Assembly: GCA_041690135.1 (NCBI GenBank) | Contig: JAWLHY010000023.1 | Location: 1 to 40,537, forward strand | Length of the DNA stretch: 40,537 nucleotides | Source of the DNA: Armatimonadota bacterium | GTDB taxonomy: Bacteria; Armatimonadota; SYMT01 | Reading direction: 5' to 3' | Shown: one piece after another, positions 1 through 8,583 of the stretch | Position numbering within the stretch: position 1 is the first letter of the stretch | How the letters are laid out: each line of letters begins with the position of its first letter | Program-made: the position numbers and the translations under genes | Notes under the pieces: model-generated | What the model saw: the letters and a program-made list of their open reading frames with translations, nothing else | Told to the model about the DNA's origin: nothing | Databases searched by the model: none

Positions 1-90
1 ATCCAGATCTGCGGTAAGGTTCACCGCCGACCCGCACGGCTCCTTTCTGCCCAGCTTAGTACTTGGACACACAATATGGCTTAGTACTTT

Positions 91-400
91 CACAGCCCCC
101 TCGTGGCCGTTGGTCACGGAGCGAACCCAGCGATAGCCGAATTCCCACCTAGTTACGGGTTGCCCGTCCTGGCCCGTGCGCCGAATCCGCGTTGTTGATC
201 AGGTAAATGCAATTTCTCCGGTGAGCGAATCCCCGTAATGGTTGCCGCGCGGCAGCAAGGCACCGTGTCCGTGACGGAAGGTGGTTCAAGCGATCACAAA
301 TACCGCCTTCATGACGAGGCTTACCGTGACCAATGGTTTGTGCGGTTAGCGTCAGGCGCGTACCGTGACCGACGCCCACGAGGGGCTGTGCTACCTTTGG
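91..400. repeat. REPIN-like element, copy 1 (inverted REP arms around a ~250 bp spacer)
   Basis: Left arm cacagccccctcgtggccgttggtcacgg is nearly complementary to right arm ccgtgaccgacgcccacgaggggctgtgctacc. The whole unit aligns with 1011-1330, with 174-208 identical to 1101-1135. Confidence 0.8.
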
Positions 401-414
401 GAACCCGGACGAAA

Positions 415-903
415 TCACTCTTGGGGGTCGAGGATGCCGGACCAGGGCCAGTCCTCCGGGAGCTCCACCAGCCCGGCGCGGACCGGGTTATCGAGGATGT
501 AAGCGTTGATCTGATCCAGGTCCTCCACTGCCCGGACGGCGTGGTCGTGGAAACGGGCCTGCCACAATTTGCCGGTCCAGCCATACGGCCAACTCGCGTT
601 CGTGGTCCGGCCTTTGAAGCGCTCGATGTAGGTCACCACCGAGCGCCCCTCTTCATTCGGGCTGGTCACCAGGTGGAGGTGGTCCGGCATCAGGCAGTAG
701 GCGCCCACCCAACAGCCGTACTCCACGCGCATCGAGGCCAGGAGTTCGCACACTGTGCGGCACAGATCGTCGTTTTCGTTAAACGGACGACCCCTATGAG
801 CGCGGATCGTGAAGAACACGGCTTTGCCGGGAGTGGTGTAAGCATCCTCCGGAAGGCGGCGGTTGCGATGAGTCGTATGATCCCAGGGCATCCAATCACT
901 CAT
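415..903 (-). CDS. REP-associated tyrosine transposase (RAYT, Y1/HUH family)
   Basis: HUH motif MPDHLHL, WQARFHDH, catalytic YILDNPVRAGLV, WPWS terminus; GGAGGGGG RBS; flanked by GTAG-type palindromic repeats. Confidence 0.92.
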   Translation of the reverse strand: MSDWMPWDHTTHRNRRLPEDAYTTPGKAVFFTIRAHRGRPFNENDDLCRTVCELLASMRVEYGCWVGAYCLMPDHLHLVTSPNEEGRSVVTYIERFKGRTTNASWPYGWTGKLWQARFHDHAVRAVEDLDQINAYILDNPVRAGLVELPEDWPWSGILDPQE

Positions 904-1010
904 CACCCCCTCCCATTTGCCAACCCCGCTGTGCCGCGCAGGATGGCGCAGAGCGATACCAGTTGGTCACGGTAGAGCCCGATGCAAACCCGCACAAGCT
1001 GGTGGTCCCT

Positions 1011-1330
1011 AAAGGTAGCAGAGGGCCTCGTGCCCGTTGGTCACGGACCGCGCCCGGCGTTAGACGAACTCCCACCTGGTTACGGCCTGCCCGTCCTGAT
1101 CCGTGCGCCGAATCCGCGTTGTTGATCAGGTAAATACAACTTCTCCCGTGAGCGAATCCATTAATGGTTGCCGCGTGGCAGCAAGCTCGCGGCACCGCGT
1201 CCGTGGCGGTGGTTGGTTCACGCGATCGCAAATGCTGACATCATGACTGGGCATGCCGCGACCACGGGTTCGTTCGGTTCACATCAGGCGTTTACCGTAA
1301 CCGACGGGCACGAGGCCCTGTGCTACCTTT
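1011..1330. repeat. REPIN-like element, copy 2
   Basis: aaaggtagcagagggcctcgtgcccgttggtcacgg ... ccgtaaccgacgggcacgaggccctgtgctaccttt inverted arms, each with GTAG followed by a gggc-ctcgt-gccc hairpin. Confidence 0.85.
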
Positions 1331-1334
1331 CGCA

Positions 1335-1471
1335 GCACCGTGTCCACAACGGAGCTGGATTCATCCGATCACAAATACCGTCACCCCGACGAGGCGGGCC
1401 GTGACCAATGGTTCCTACGGTTCGCGCTATGCTCGTCTCGTCACCAACGGGCACCCGGCCTGTGCTACCTT
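1335..1471. repeat. Partial third REPIN copy (right half only)
   Basis: gcaccgtgtcc...cgatcacaaataccg...ccgtgaccaatggtt...ctgtgctacctt matches 260-397. Confidence 0.75.
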
Positions 1472-1483
1472 CGGGGCACCCTT

Positions 1484-2626
1484 TTACAACACCGATTCCG
1501 TCAGCTTCATCCCACGGGCGTGTTTTTCGACGCCTTCGGGATTCCAGCGGAAACCGAGGCCGGGACCATCCGGGATCGGCAGCATGCCGTTCGCGTCGAG
1601 CACGGGAGGGGTCTCGCAGAGGTCCTCGATGTAGGGGGCGGGGGTGATGTACTCCACCCACCGGGCGTTGCCGGCCGCCGCCACGAGCTGGAGATCCGCG
1701 GCCAGTCCGACCGCCGTATTCCAGCCGTGCGGGACGAACAGGATGGAGTGGTCGTCCGCATACTGGGCGATGCGGAACTCCTCGGTGAGGCCGCCAACTT
1801 TGGTCACGTCGGGCTGAATGTAGTCAACCGCCCGCCGTTCGATCCACGGCAGGAACGCCTGGCGGCGGGTCAGCACCTCGCACCCGGTAATCGGGACCGG
1901 GGAGTGCTCCGTCAGCTTGACGTACCCGTCGAGGTCGTCCGGGCGGAGGGCTTCCTCGAACCAGGTGACCTGGTAGTTGGCCAGCATGTGGGCCGTGCGG
2001 ATGGCCCACTTGTAGCCGTGTGGCCAATAAGCATCCGACCCGCCAGCATCGACCATCAACTCCACGTCGGGTCCCACGGTCTCGCGGGCAGCCCGGATGA
2101 TCGCCTCATCCATGGCGGCGTCCACACGGCCGAAAGGCCCCCAACCGATCTTGAATGCCTTGAACCCGCGGGCCAGGGCCGCTTCCAGCCGCCGCCGCAT
2201 TTCGTCCGGCTCGGCCATCAGGAGCGAGCCGTACGGCTTGATCACCTCCCGGTGACGCCCTCCGAGCAGGCGGCTGATGGGCTGGCGTGTGACCTTCCCC
2301 AGGATGTCCCAGAGCGCGATGTCGATTCCGGAGATGGCGTGTGTGATGGCGCCGCCCCGCCCCTGCCAAAAGGTGTTCTGGTGCAGGGTCTCGGAGACGG
2401 CGGCCGGATCGAGGGCCGAAGCACCGATGAGGAAGGGGCGCAGCACGCCCATGGCGCCATGGACCAGGTCTCCCGAGGTGTAGACACTGCCCAGGCCGGT
2501 GACGCCCTCATCGGTGATCACCTCGACCAGGGTATGCAGGTTCTGATCGGCTTCCCAACCGGAGCTCCAGCCCCCATCAGGGGTGGCTCCCACCAACGGC
2601 AGCAGGCGGATATCGCGGATCTTCAT
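1484..2626 (-). CDS. Mandelate racemase/muconate lactonizing enzyme family protein (enolase superfamily)
   Basis: AISGIDIALWDILGK, KAFKIG, metal ligands in VDAG/FEE/GCE, QPDVTKVGG, PHGW, GPGLG. Confidence 0.93.
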   Translation of the reverse strand: MKIRDIRLLPLVGATPDGGWSSGWEADQNLHTLVEVITDEGVTGLGSVYTSGDLVHGAMGVLRPFLIGASALDPAAVSETLHQNTFWQGRGGAITHAISGIDIALWDILGKVTRQPISRLLGGRHREVIKPYGSLLMAEPDEMRRRLEAALARGFKAFKIGWGPFGRVDAAMDEAIIRAARETVGPDVELMVDAGGSDAYWPHGYKWAIRTAHMLANYQVTWFEEALRPDDLDGYVKLTEHSPVPITGCEVLTRRQAFLPWIERRAVDYIQPDVTKVGGLTEEFRIAQYADDHSILFVPHGWNTAVGLAADLQLVAAAGNARWVEYITPAPYIEDLCETPPVLDANGMLPIPDGPGLGFRWNPEGVEKHARGMKLTESVL

Positions 2627-2745
2627 AGCGGGTTCTTATGGACTTACAGGAGGTAGAGAAAAAGAATGACGGGGACGTTTGGCCGATCCCCCGTGAATAG
2701 TGCGCTGCCCAGCCCGAACTTCCTTCCTCGATGTGCTGCTAACGA

Positions 2746-3540
2746 TTACTCCGCATCTTCGCGAGGGGCGTACTCCCGGCTGGAAAAAATGAACATCGCG
2801 AGCCCGAGGGTGATCACAATCGTCGCCGCTAGGACCCAGCCGGCCGTTTCCGGGGGAATAGGGTCCGGACCCAGGCGAGCCAGCAGCCGCTCCATGATTC
2901 CGCCAGTGGCTGACTCGTCTTCCGCCTCGTGGGGAACCAGCGCTCGGAGGTAAGTCATGATGGACATCTTCTGGAAGGCTCCCGGCAGGATCGGAATCCA
3001 CGATTCCCAGCCGAAGGCGAAGAACAAACCGAAGATCATCGGTCGGTTCAGTGCGGCACCCAGGAGGGTGGAGAGGCCCCCATAGGCCAGCGCACCCACG
3101 GGCAGATAGCCGAGATCGCGCAGCACGATCGAGTTGGACAACCCACTCACCCCGAAGACCGCGGCGCCCAGGAGCAGCGTGGAGAGCCAGACCGTGAGCG
3201 TGATGCCGACGAACGCTCCCAGGAACCGGGCCAGCAAAATTCGGGCGCGCGGTAGTGGACGGGTGAGCAGGAAGACGATGGTCCTTTGTTCCACTTCCTG
3301 GGCCACGACGCCGGTCCCGAACAACACCGCCAGGATCACCAGGATGAACCCGAAGATCATCCCGCCCGCCAGCGTGTTGTAGGCGATCTCCGCCTCAAAC
3401 GGCCGTTCCCGCGCCGCCGCCGCGGCTTTCCAGAGCACGGCCAGCACCGCCGGAAGCAGGACCAGCGGCGCCGATGCGGCCAGTCGCTTTGGGCGCACCA
3501 GGTCGAGCAGAGCCAGGCGGAAGAGGAGAAGATCGGGCAT
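2746..3540 (-). CDS. ABC-2 type transporter permease
   Basis: Multiple TM segments and EVEQRTIVFLLTRPLPRARILLARF motif. Confidence 0.9.
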   Translation of the reverse strand: MPDLLLFRLALLDLVRPKRLAASAPLVLLPAVLAVLWKAAAAARERPFEAEIAYNTLAGGMIFGFILVILAVLFGTGVVAQEVEQRTIVFLLTRPLPRARILLARFLGAFVGITLTVWLSTLLLGAAVFGVSGLSNSIVLRDLGYLPVGALAYGGLSTLLGAALNRPMIFGLFFAFGWESWIPILPGAFQKMSIMTYLRALVPHEAEDESATGGIMERLLARLGPDPIPPETAGWVLAATIVITLGLAMFIFSSREYAPREDAE

Positions 3541-3542
3541 TT

Positions 3543-3579
3543 CAGGATTAGGATTGGGATTACGATGAGGATTAGGATG
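3543..3579. repeat. Degenerate hexamer tandem repeat (GGATTA-like) between ABC genes
   Basis: caggattaggattgggattacgatgaggattaggatg. Confidence 0.6.
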
Positions 3580-3634
3580 GAACCAGCGCAGAGGCTCTAC
3601 GACGAGGCGCGAGCTGGATGACCAGCAAGCGGGA

Positions 3635-4558
3635 CTACGATTGTTCGGTGAGGTAGCGGAAGACGGCTTCCAGGTTGTTGTCGGGGGACTCGAATTCGGT
3701 CACGTGGAAGCCGCCGTCGAGGACCAAGGCCGGCAGCGTGGAATAGAAGCTCTCGGGGTCACGGGTCTGCACCTCTAGGCGGCATGGATCACGGTCGTCG
3801 AGGCGGGCGCTGACCACGTGCTCCAGTCCGAGTAGCGCGCGGCCCAGTTCGCGGGGTGTATTGGAGCGCAGGGCGATCCGGTGCGGATGGCGGTCGATCA
3901 GGCCCCGGATGTGGTAGAGATCGCCCTGTGCCAGCAACCGTCCCCGGTGGATCAGCAGGATGCTCCGGGTCATGTGCTCCACTTCGTAAAGGATGTGGCT
4001 GGAGACCAGGACACACTTGCCGCTCTCCGCCAGGCTGCGCACCAGGTCGGTCATCTCCCGCCGCCCCACCGGGTCGAGACCGTTGAACGGTTCGTCCAGC
4101 AGCAGCACCTCCGGATCGTGGACCAGCGCCTGCGCCATCTTGATCCGCTGCCGCATCCCCTTGGAGTAGCCTCCGATCCGGCGGTCCGCGTTGGGAAGCA
4201 TCCCCACCTGCTCCAGAGAGTGCTGCACCGCCTGCCGGAGTGCGTCTCCCCGAAACCCGCCAAGGGTGGCCAGCAGGGTGACGAACTCGCGACCGGTCAT
4301 CTCCTCGTAGAAGCTGTCGACTTCCGGGCAGTACCCCAGCCGTCGAAAGACGCGACCGTTGGCGAAGGGCCGCTCCCCGAGCACCGCCACCTTCCCGGTG
4401 GTGGGGCGGAGCTGGCCGCTCACCAGCTTCATGAAGGTGGACTTCCCCGCGCCGTTCGGCCCGAGCAGCGCGGTGATCCCGGCGGGAACGACACACGACA
4501 CGTCGTTCAGTCCCATCACCTGGCCGTACCAGCGGGAGGCGTGGTCGAGGAGAATCAT
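3635..4558 (-). CDS. ABC transporter ATP-binding protein
   Basis: Walker A GPNGAGKS, signature YSKGMRQR, Walker B LLLDEP. Start placed at the ATGA overlap with the upstream permease stop. Confidence 0.95.
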   Translation of the reverse strand: MILLDHASRWYGQVMGLNDVSCVVPAGITALLGPNGAGKSTFMKLVSGQLRPTTGKVAVLGERPFANGRVFRRLGYCPEVDSFYEEMTGREFVTLLATLGGFRGDALRQAVQHSLEQVGMLPNADRRIGGYSKGMRQRIKMAQALVHDPEVLLLDEPFNGLDPVGRREMTDLVRSLAESGKCVLVSSHILYEVEHMTRSILLIHRGRLLAQGDLYHIRGLIDRHPHRIALRSNTPRELGRALLGLEHVVSARLDDRDPCRLEVQTRDPESFYSTLPALVLDGGFHVTEFESPDNNLEAVFRYLTEQS

Positions 4559-5517
4559 CCGCGTACCACCTCCACCGCCCGTACTCGTACCCGTGCCAGC
4601 ACCAGTCCGAGCACAACCAGGCCCACGCACAACAGCACCAGGGGCAGCAGTTCGGGCTTGGCGGACTGGCTCATTGGATTTGCCGCGCGGATGGGCAGAC
4701 CGTAGAACCCGGGAAGCGTGTCGACCAGATGCTGCCCCAGGCCCCGCAGCACCCCCGGCACCGAGCAGTGCAGGGCAGTGACGGAGGCCTCATCCTGCCC
4801 GACTCGCCGGAGGATCAGGGAGACGATCCCCGCCAGGATCTGGCTTCCAAAATAGATGCCGGCGTAAATCCCCCCGGCCAGCAGCGGACGCTTGAACCAG
4901 GCCGAGACCCCCAGCAGGAAGCTGGCGTGGAGGGCCGGTGGCAACAGGGTTGCGGTGAGCACCTGGAGCCAGAGGTAGGGGTTCTCCGAGAGGAAGCCCT
5001 CATCGGTGAAGCTGCCCCAACAGTAGAGGTAGAGCAGCGCCGCCGGCAGCAGCGAGGCCGCGGCCAGCACGCCGAAGATGCCGGTCCACTTCCCCAGCAG
5101 GTAGCTGTTCTTGGTCAACGGCTTGGAAAGGTAGATCTGTAACGCGTTGGCGCGGTTATCCCCGGAGATGCTCGCGGCTCCCACGAGCAGGGCCAGGAGA
5201 AAGATCCAGAGCTGGGCTCCGGCGAAGGCGTCGTAGAAGATGCCGGAGAAAGAGCGCTGCGCCAGCATGTCCAGCAGCCGGGTCTGGTCCTGGCTGCGGA
5301 TGTACAGCAGAAACGCCGGCAGCAGGTACGGCATCAACGAGAAGAAGAGGAGCACCCAGAAGCCCTTGCGCTTCCAGGCCAGCCGCGTCATCATCCGGGC
5401 CACGATCCACCAGCCAAAACGGGGCGGGCGCAGCGGACCGTCGTAGTTCCGGTAGCTGGTGTCGGCGATGGGCGCGGGGGCCGGCCCGGCGCTTTCCAGG
5501 GGTCGGATGCTGCTCAC
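4555..5517 (-). CDS. ABC-2 type transporter permease
   Basis: TM helices, ISGDNRANALQIYLSKPL...YLLGKW motif; translationally coupled to both ATPases. Confidence 0.88.
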   Translation of the reverse strand: MSSIRPLESAGPAPAPIADTSYRNYDGPLRPPRFGWWIVARMMTRLAWKRKGFWVLLFFSLMPYLLPAFLLYIRSQDQTRLLDMLAQRSFSGIFYDAFAGAQLWIFLLALLVGAASISGDNRANALQIYLSKPLTKNSYLLGKWTGIFGVLAAASLLPAALLYLYCWGSFTDEGFLSENPYLWLQVLTATLLPPALHASFLLGVSAWFKRPLLAGGIYAGIYFGSQILAGIVSLILRRVGQDEASVTALHCSVPGVLRGLGQHLVDTLPGFYGLPIRAANPMSQSAKPELLPLVLLCVGLVVLGLVLARVRVRAVEVVRG

Positions 5518-6470
5518 TCCAGGGCCTCCAGAAAGACGTCTTCCAGGCTGCGCCGCGCGGGATGGAAACCGCGCACCTGGGCTCCCGCCTCACGCGCCAC
5601 CGAAAACAGAACCCGGGCGAAATCCGGTGAGGAAGCTGGGGTGGAAACCTCCCTGGCTTGCGGCACGGCCAGCGGCTCCGGGAAGCCCAGCCGGATGCGG
5701 GGTCCCGTGACGCTCAATACCGCCAGGCCGCGAACCCGGCAGGCCGCGAGGAACCCCTCGGACGGCTCTCGCAGTTCGACGTCGACCTGCGAGCCCGCCA
5801 CCTCGCGCAGCGCGGCGATCTCGCCCTCCGCCACCACCGCGCCCCCCTTCATCACGATCACGCGGTCGCAGGTCCGTTCGATGTCCGGCAGCAGGTGGGA
5901 CGAAACCACGACGTTCACCCCTTTGCCGTGGGAAACATCGCGGACCAGGGCCAGCATCTGATCGCGGCCCTCGGGATCGAGGCCGTTGGTCGGCTCATCC
6001 AGGAACACCAATGAAGGACCGTGCACGAGGGCCTGCGCCAGCTTGATGCGCTGCCGCATCCCCTGGGAGTAGGTCTCCACATCCCGGTACCGCGCCTCGC
6101 CCAGCCCGCAGTACTCCAGCACCTCGTGCGCCCGCCGCAGCGCCTGGGCCGACGGCATCCCGCACAACTCCCCCGCGAAGGAAACGAACGACACCGCGTT
6201 CATCCCCGGAATGTGGCAATCGAGCTCCGGCATCAGACCCACGCGCTGGCGGATCCGCAGCCCCTCCCGGCCCAACCGGAGCCCCAGCACCTCCCCACTG
6301 CCGGATGCGGGGCGGATGAAGCCCATGAGCGTTTTGAGGAGCGTCGTCTTGCCCGCACCGTTCGGCCCCAGGAGCCCCACGGCGCCTTCCGGAATCTCCA
6401 CGGAAAGATCGGAAACCGCAGTCCGGCGGCCATAGCGGACGGTCAGGTTATGGAGGGAGGCGATGGACAT
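5514..6470 (-). CDS. ABC transporter ATP-binding protein
   Basis: GPNGAGKT, YSQGMRQR, VFLDEP, SSH switch. Confidence 0.95.
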   Translation of the reverse strand: MSIASLHNLTVRYGRRTAVSDLSVEIPEGAVGLLGPNGAGKTTLLKTLMGFIRPASGSGEVLGLRLGREGLRIRQRVGLMPELDCHIPGMNAVSFVSFAGELCGMPSAQALRRAHEVLEYCGLGEARYRDVETYSQGMRQRIKLAQALVHGPSLVFLDEPTNGLDPEGRDQMLALVRDVSHGKGVNVVVSSHLLPDIERTCDRVIVMKGGAVVAEGEIAALREVAGSQVDVELREPSEGFLAACRVRGLAVLSVTGPRIRLGFPEPLAVPQAREVSTPASSPDFARVLFSVAREAGAQVRGFHPARRSLEDVFLEALE

Positions 6471-7069
6471 TGATAATGCGTGTTGCGTATTGCGTAAATC
6501 GAACCGCCGGGTACACGAGCATCAGCTTCAGTAATTGCGCGGATAGCTCGCCGTCATTGCGAGGCCGACTTCACCCGCACTCCGCGCGAGGACAGGCCCG
6601 GCGCCTTCGTCACCCTTTGGCCGTGCACTGCCCCGTGCCGGCCGTGGCAAGCCCCCTGGTACGTGGACACGAGGCCTGAATACGGCGGATGTCCCTTGAG
6701 TGCACTCGGAGACGCAGATGTATCTGACCAACCAGCAGCGGTAATCCGCCGGCACAGGGCTACCGCGTCCGTGTAACGACATGATCCCTAACCAGAGGGC
6801 CTGCCACGTCGCTCACTGGATCTTGGCAGGACTTATGTGCTTCGACGAGAGGCTCATCTGAACCGTGAAGTTGCAGCAGATTCACCGCTCCTCGCAGTGA
6901 CAGTTAACGACCTTAACTTTCCGCCATCAGGTGCGGATTGGGACGACCGAGAAGAATTTGCCTTCCAATTTTCGCAGTCCCGCATCCACGCCAGAGATAG
7001 TGGTCAGACGGTGGAATGCAGTTCGGAGTTATTCCGGAGGGTACACGCAGCCGAATGGGCGTCTCACTC

Positions 7070-8581
7070 TCAGGCTCTCTCCGTCCTTCGCGTTCTTTGC
7101 GCCCTTTGCGTTCTTCGCGTCGTGCGGCGGTCGAAGGATATGGGGCGTCTCGCCAGGATCGGTTCGACGACGTGCCCGAAGACGTCCGTGAGCCGGAAGT
7201 CGCGGCCGGCGTGGCGATAGGTGAGCCGGGTGTGGTCCAGGCCCATCAGGTGGAGGATCGTCGCGTGAAGGTCGTGGATGTGGACCTTGTTCTCCGCGGC
7301 GTAGTAGCCCCACTCATCCGTGGAGCCGTAGGCGGTGCCGCCCTTCACGCCGCCGCCCGCGAGCCATACCGAGAAGCCATGCGGGTTATGATCGCGGCCG
7401 TCGGTGCCCTGGGCAGTGGGGGTCCGGCCGAACTCGGTGGCCCATAGGACCAGCGTTTCGTCCAGCATCCCGCGCCGCTTCAGGTCTTTGAGAAGGCCGG
7501 CGATCGGCAGATCCACTTCGGCGGCGTTCTTCTCGTGGTCCTGCTTCAGCTTGCTGTGCTGGTCCCACTTGTAACTGTGGGTGCACTGGATCACCCGCAC
7601 GCCCCGCTCTGCGAAGCGGCGGGCCATCAGGCACTGCCGCCCAAAGTTCTCGGTCACCGGATTGTCGAGCCCGTAGAGGCGCAAGGTCTCGGGCGTCTCG
7701 TCCTTCAGGTCCATCAGTTCCGGCGCTTCCGTCTGCATCCGGAAGGCCAGCTCGAAGCTCTGGACCTGCCCCTCCAGGCGAGGGTCGGCGCCGGCCTGTC
7801 CGAGATGATCCTCGTTCATGCGGCGCAGGAGGTCGAGTTGCCTGCGCTGGAGACCAGTGTTGACCTCGGGGTTTCGGATATTCCGGACGGACGCCTGGGA
7901 GGAGGGAACGCTGGCGTTCCCGATGCGGGTCCCCTGGGTGTTCGCAGGCAGGAAGGCGTTGCCGAAGTTCTGGACCCCGCCGTGGGCCAGGGTAGGGCAG
8001 ATGGTGATGAAGCCCGGCAGGTTGCGGTTTTCGGTCCCCAGCCCGTAAACGAGCCAGGAGCTCATGCTGGGGCGGATGAACATCCCCGACCCGGTGTGGA
8101 GCTGCAGGTTGGCACCGCCATGGGCACTCTGGTCCAGATAGAGCGACCGGATCACACAGAGGTCATCCGCGCAGGAGCCCACATGCGGAAAGAGGTCGCT
8201 CACCGGTAGCCCGCTCTGTCCATAGCGGCGGAACTCCCACGGCGACTGGAGCAGGTTGTTCGTCTGGGCGAACTGGACCTTCGGCTTGGGGATCGGGAGC
8301 GGCTGGCCGTGCAGCTTCCTCAGCATCGGCTTGGGATCGAAGGTATCGACCTGGGAAACACCCCCGTGCATGAACAGAAAGATCAACCGCTTCGCTCGGG
8401 GCCGGAAATGCGGCCCCCCGGAGATTCCCTCTCGCCCAGTGCTGATCACCGACGGACCGGAGGCAGCGCGCGCAGCCGTGTCCCCCAGAAGGGCAGCGAG
8501 CCCGACCAGGCCGATGCCGCAACACGAATCCTGCAAAAACTGCCGGCGAGAAATGAGAGGCAGGAAGCGGTTACAGCTCAT
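7070..8581 (-). CDS. DUF1501 domain protein (sulfatase-like, Tat signal)
   Basis: SRRQFL Tat motif, IFLFMHGGVSQVDTFDPKP, WDQH, EFGRTP, GRDHNP, DLHATILHLMG. Confidence 0.93.
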   Translation of the reverse strand: MSCNRFLPLISRRQFLQDSCCGIGLVGLAALLGDTAARAASGPSVISTGREGISGGPHFRPRAKRLIFLFMHGGVSQVDTFDPKPMLRKLHGQPLPIPKPKVQFAQTNNLLQSPWEFRRYGQSGLPVSDLFPHVGSCADDLCVIRSLYLDQSAHGGANLQLHTGSGMFIRPSMSSWLVYGLGTENRNLPGFITICPTLAHGGVQNFGNAFLPANTQGTRIGNASVPSSQASVRNIRNPEVNTGLQRRQLDLLRRMNEDHLGQAGADPRLEGQVQSFELAFRMQTEAPELMDLKDETPETLRLYGLDNPVTENFGRQCLMARRFAERGVRVIQCTHSYKWDQHSKLKQDHEKNAAEVDLPIAGLLKDLKRRGMLDETLVLWATEFGRTPTAQGTDGRDHNPHGFSVWLAGGGVKGGTAYGSTDEWGYYAAENKVHIHDLHATILHLMGLDHTRLTYRHAGRDFRLTDVFGHVVEPILARRPISFDRRTTRRTQRAQRTRRTERA

Positions 8582-8583
8582 CG

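Noticed and set aside
1340-2656. Long plus-strand ORF, and similar shadow ORFs such as 238-975, 3881-4705 and 9931-10932
   Set aside because: Antisense shadows of well-supported genes in high-GC DNA.
6500-7069. Short ORFs or ncRNA between DUF1501 and the ABC operon
   Set aside because: No recognisable motif, RBS or convincing structure.
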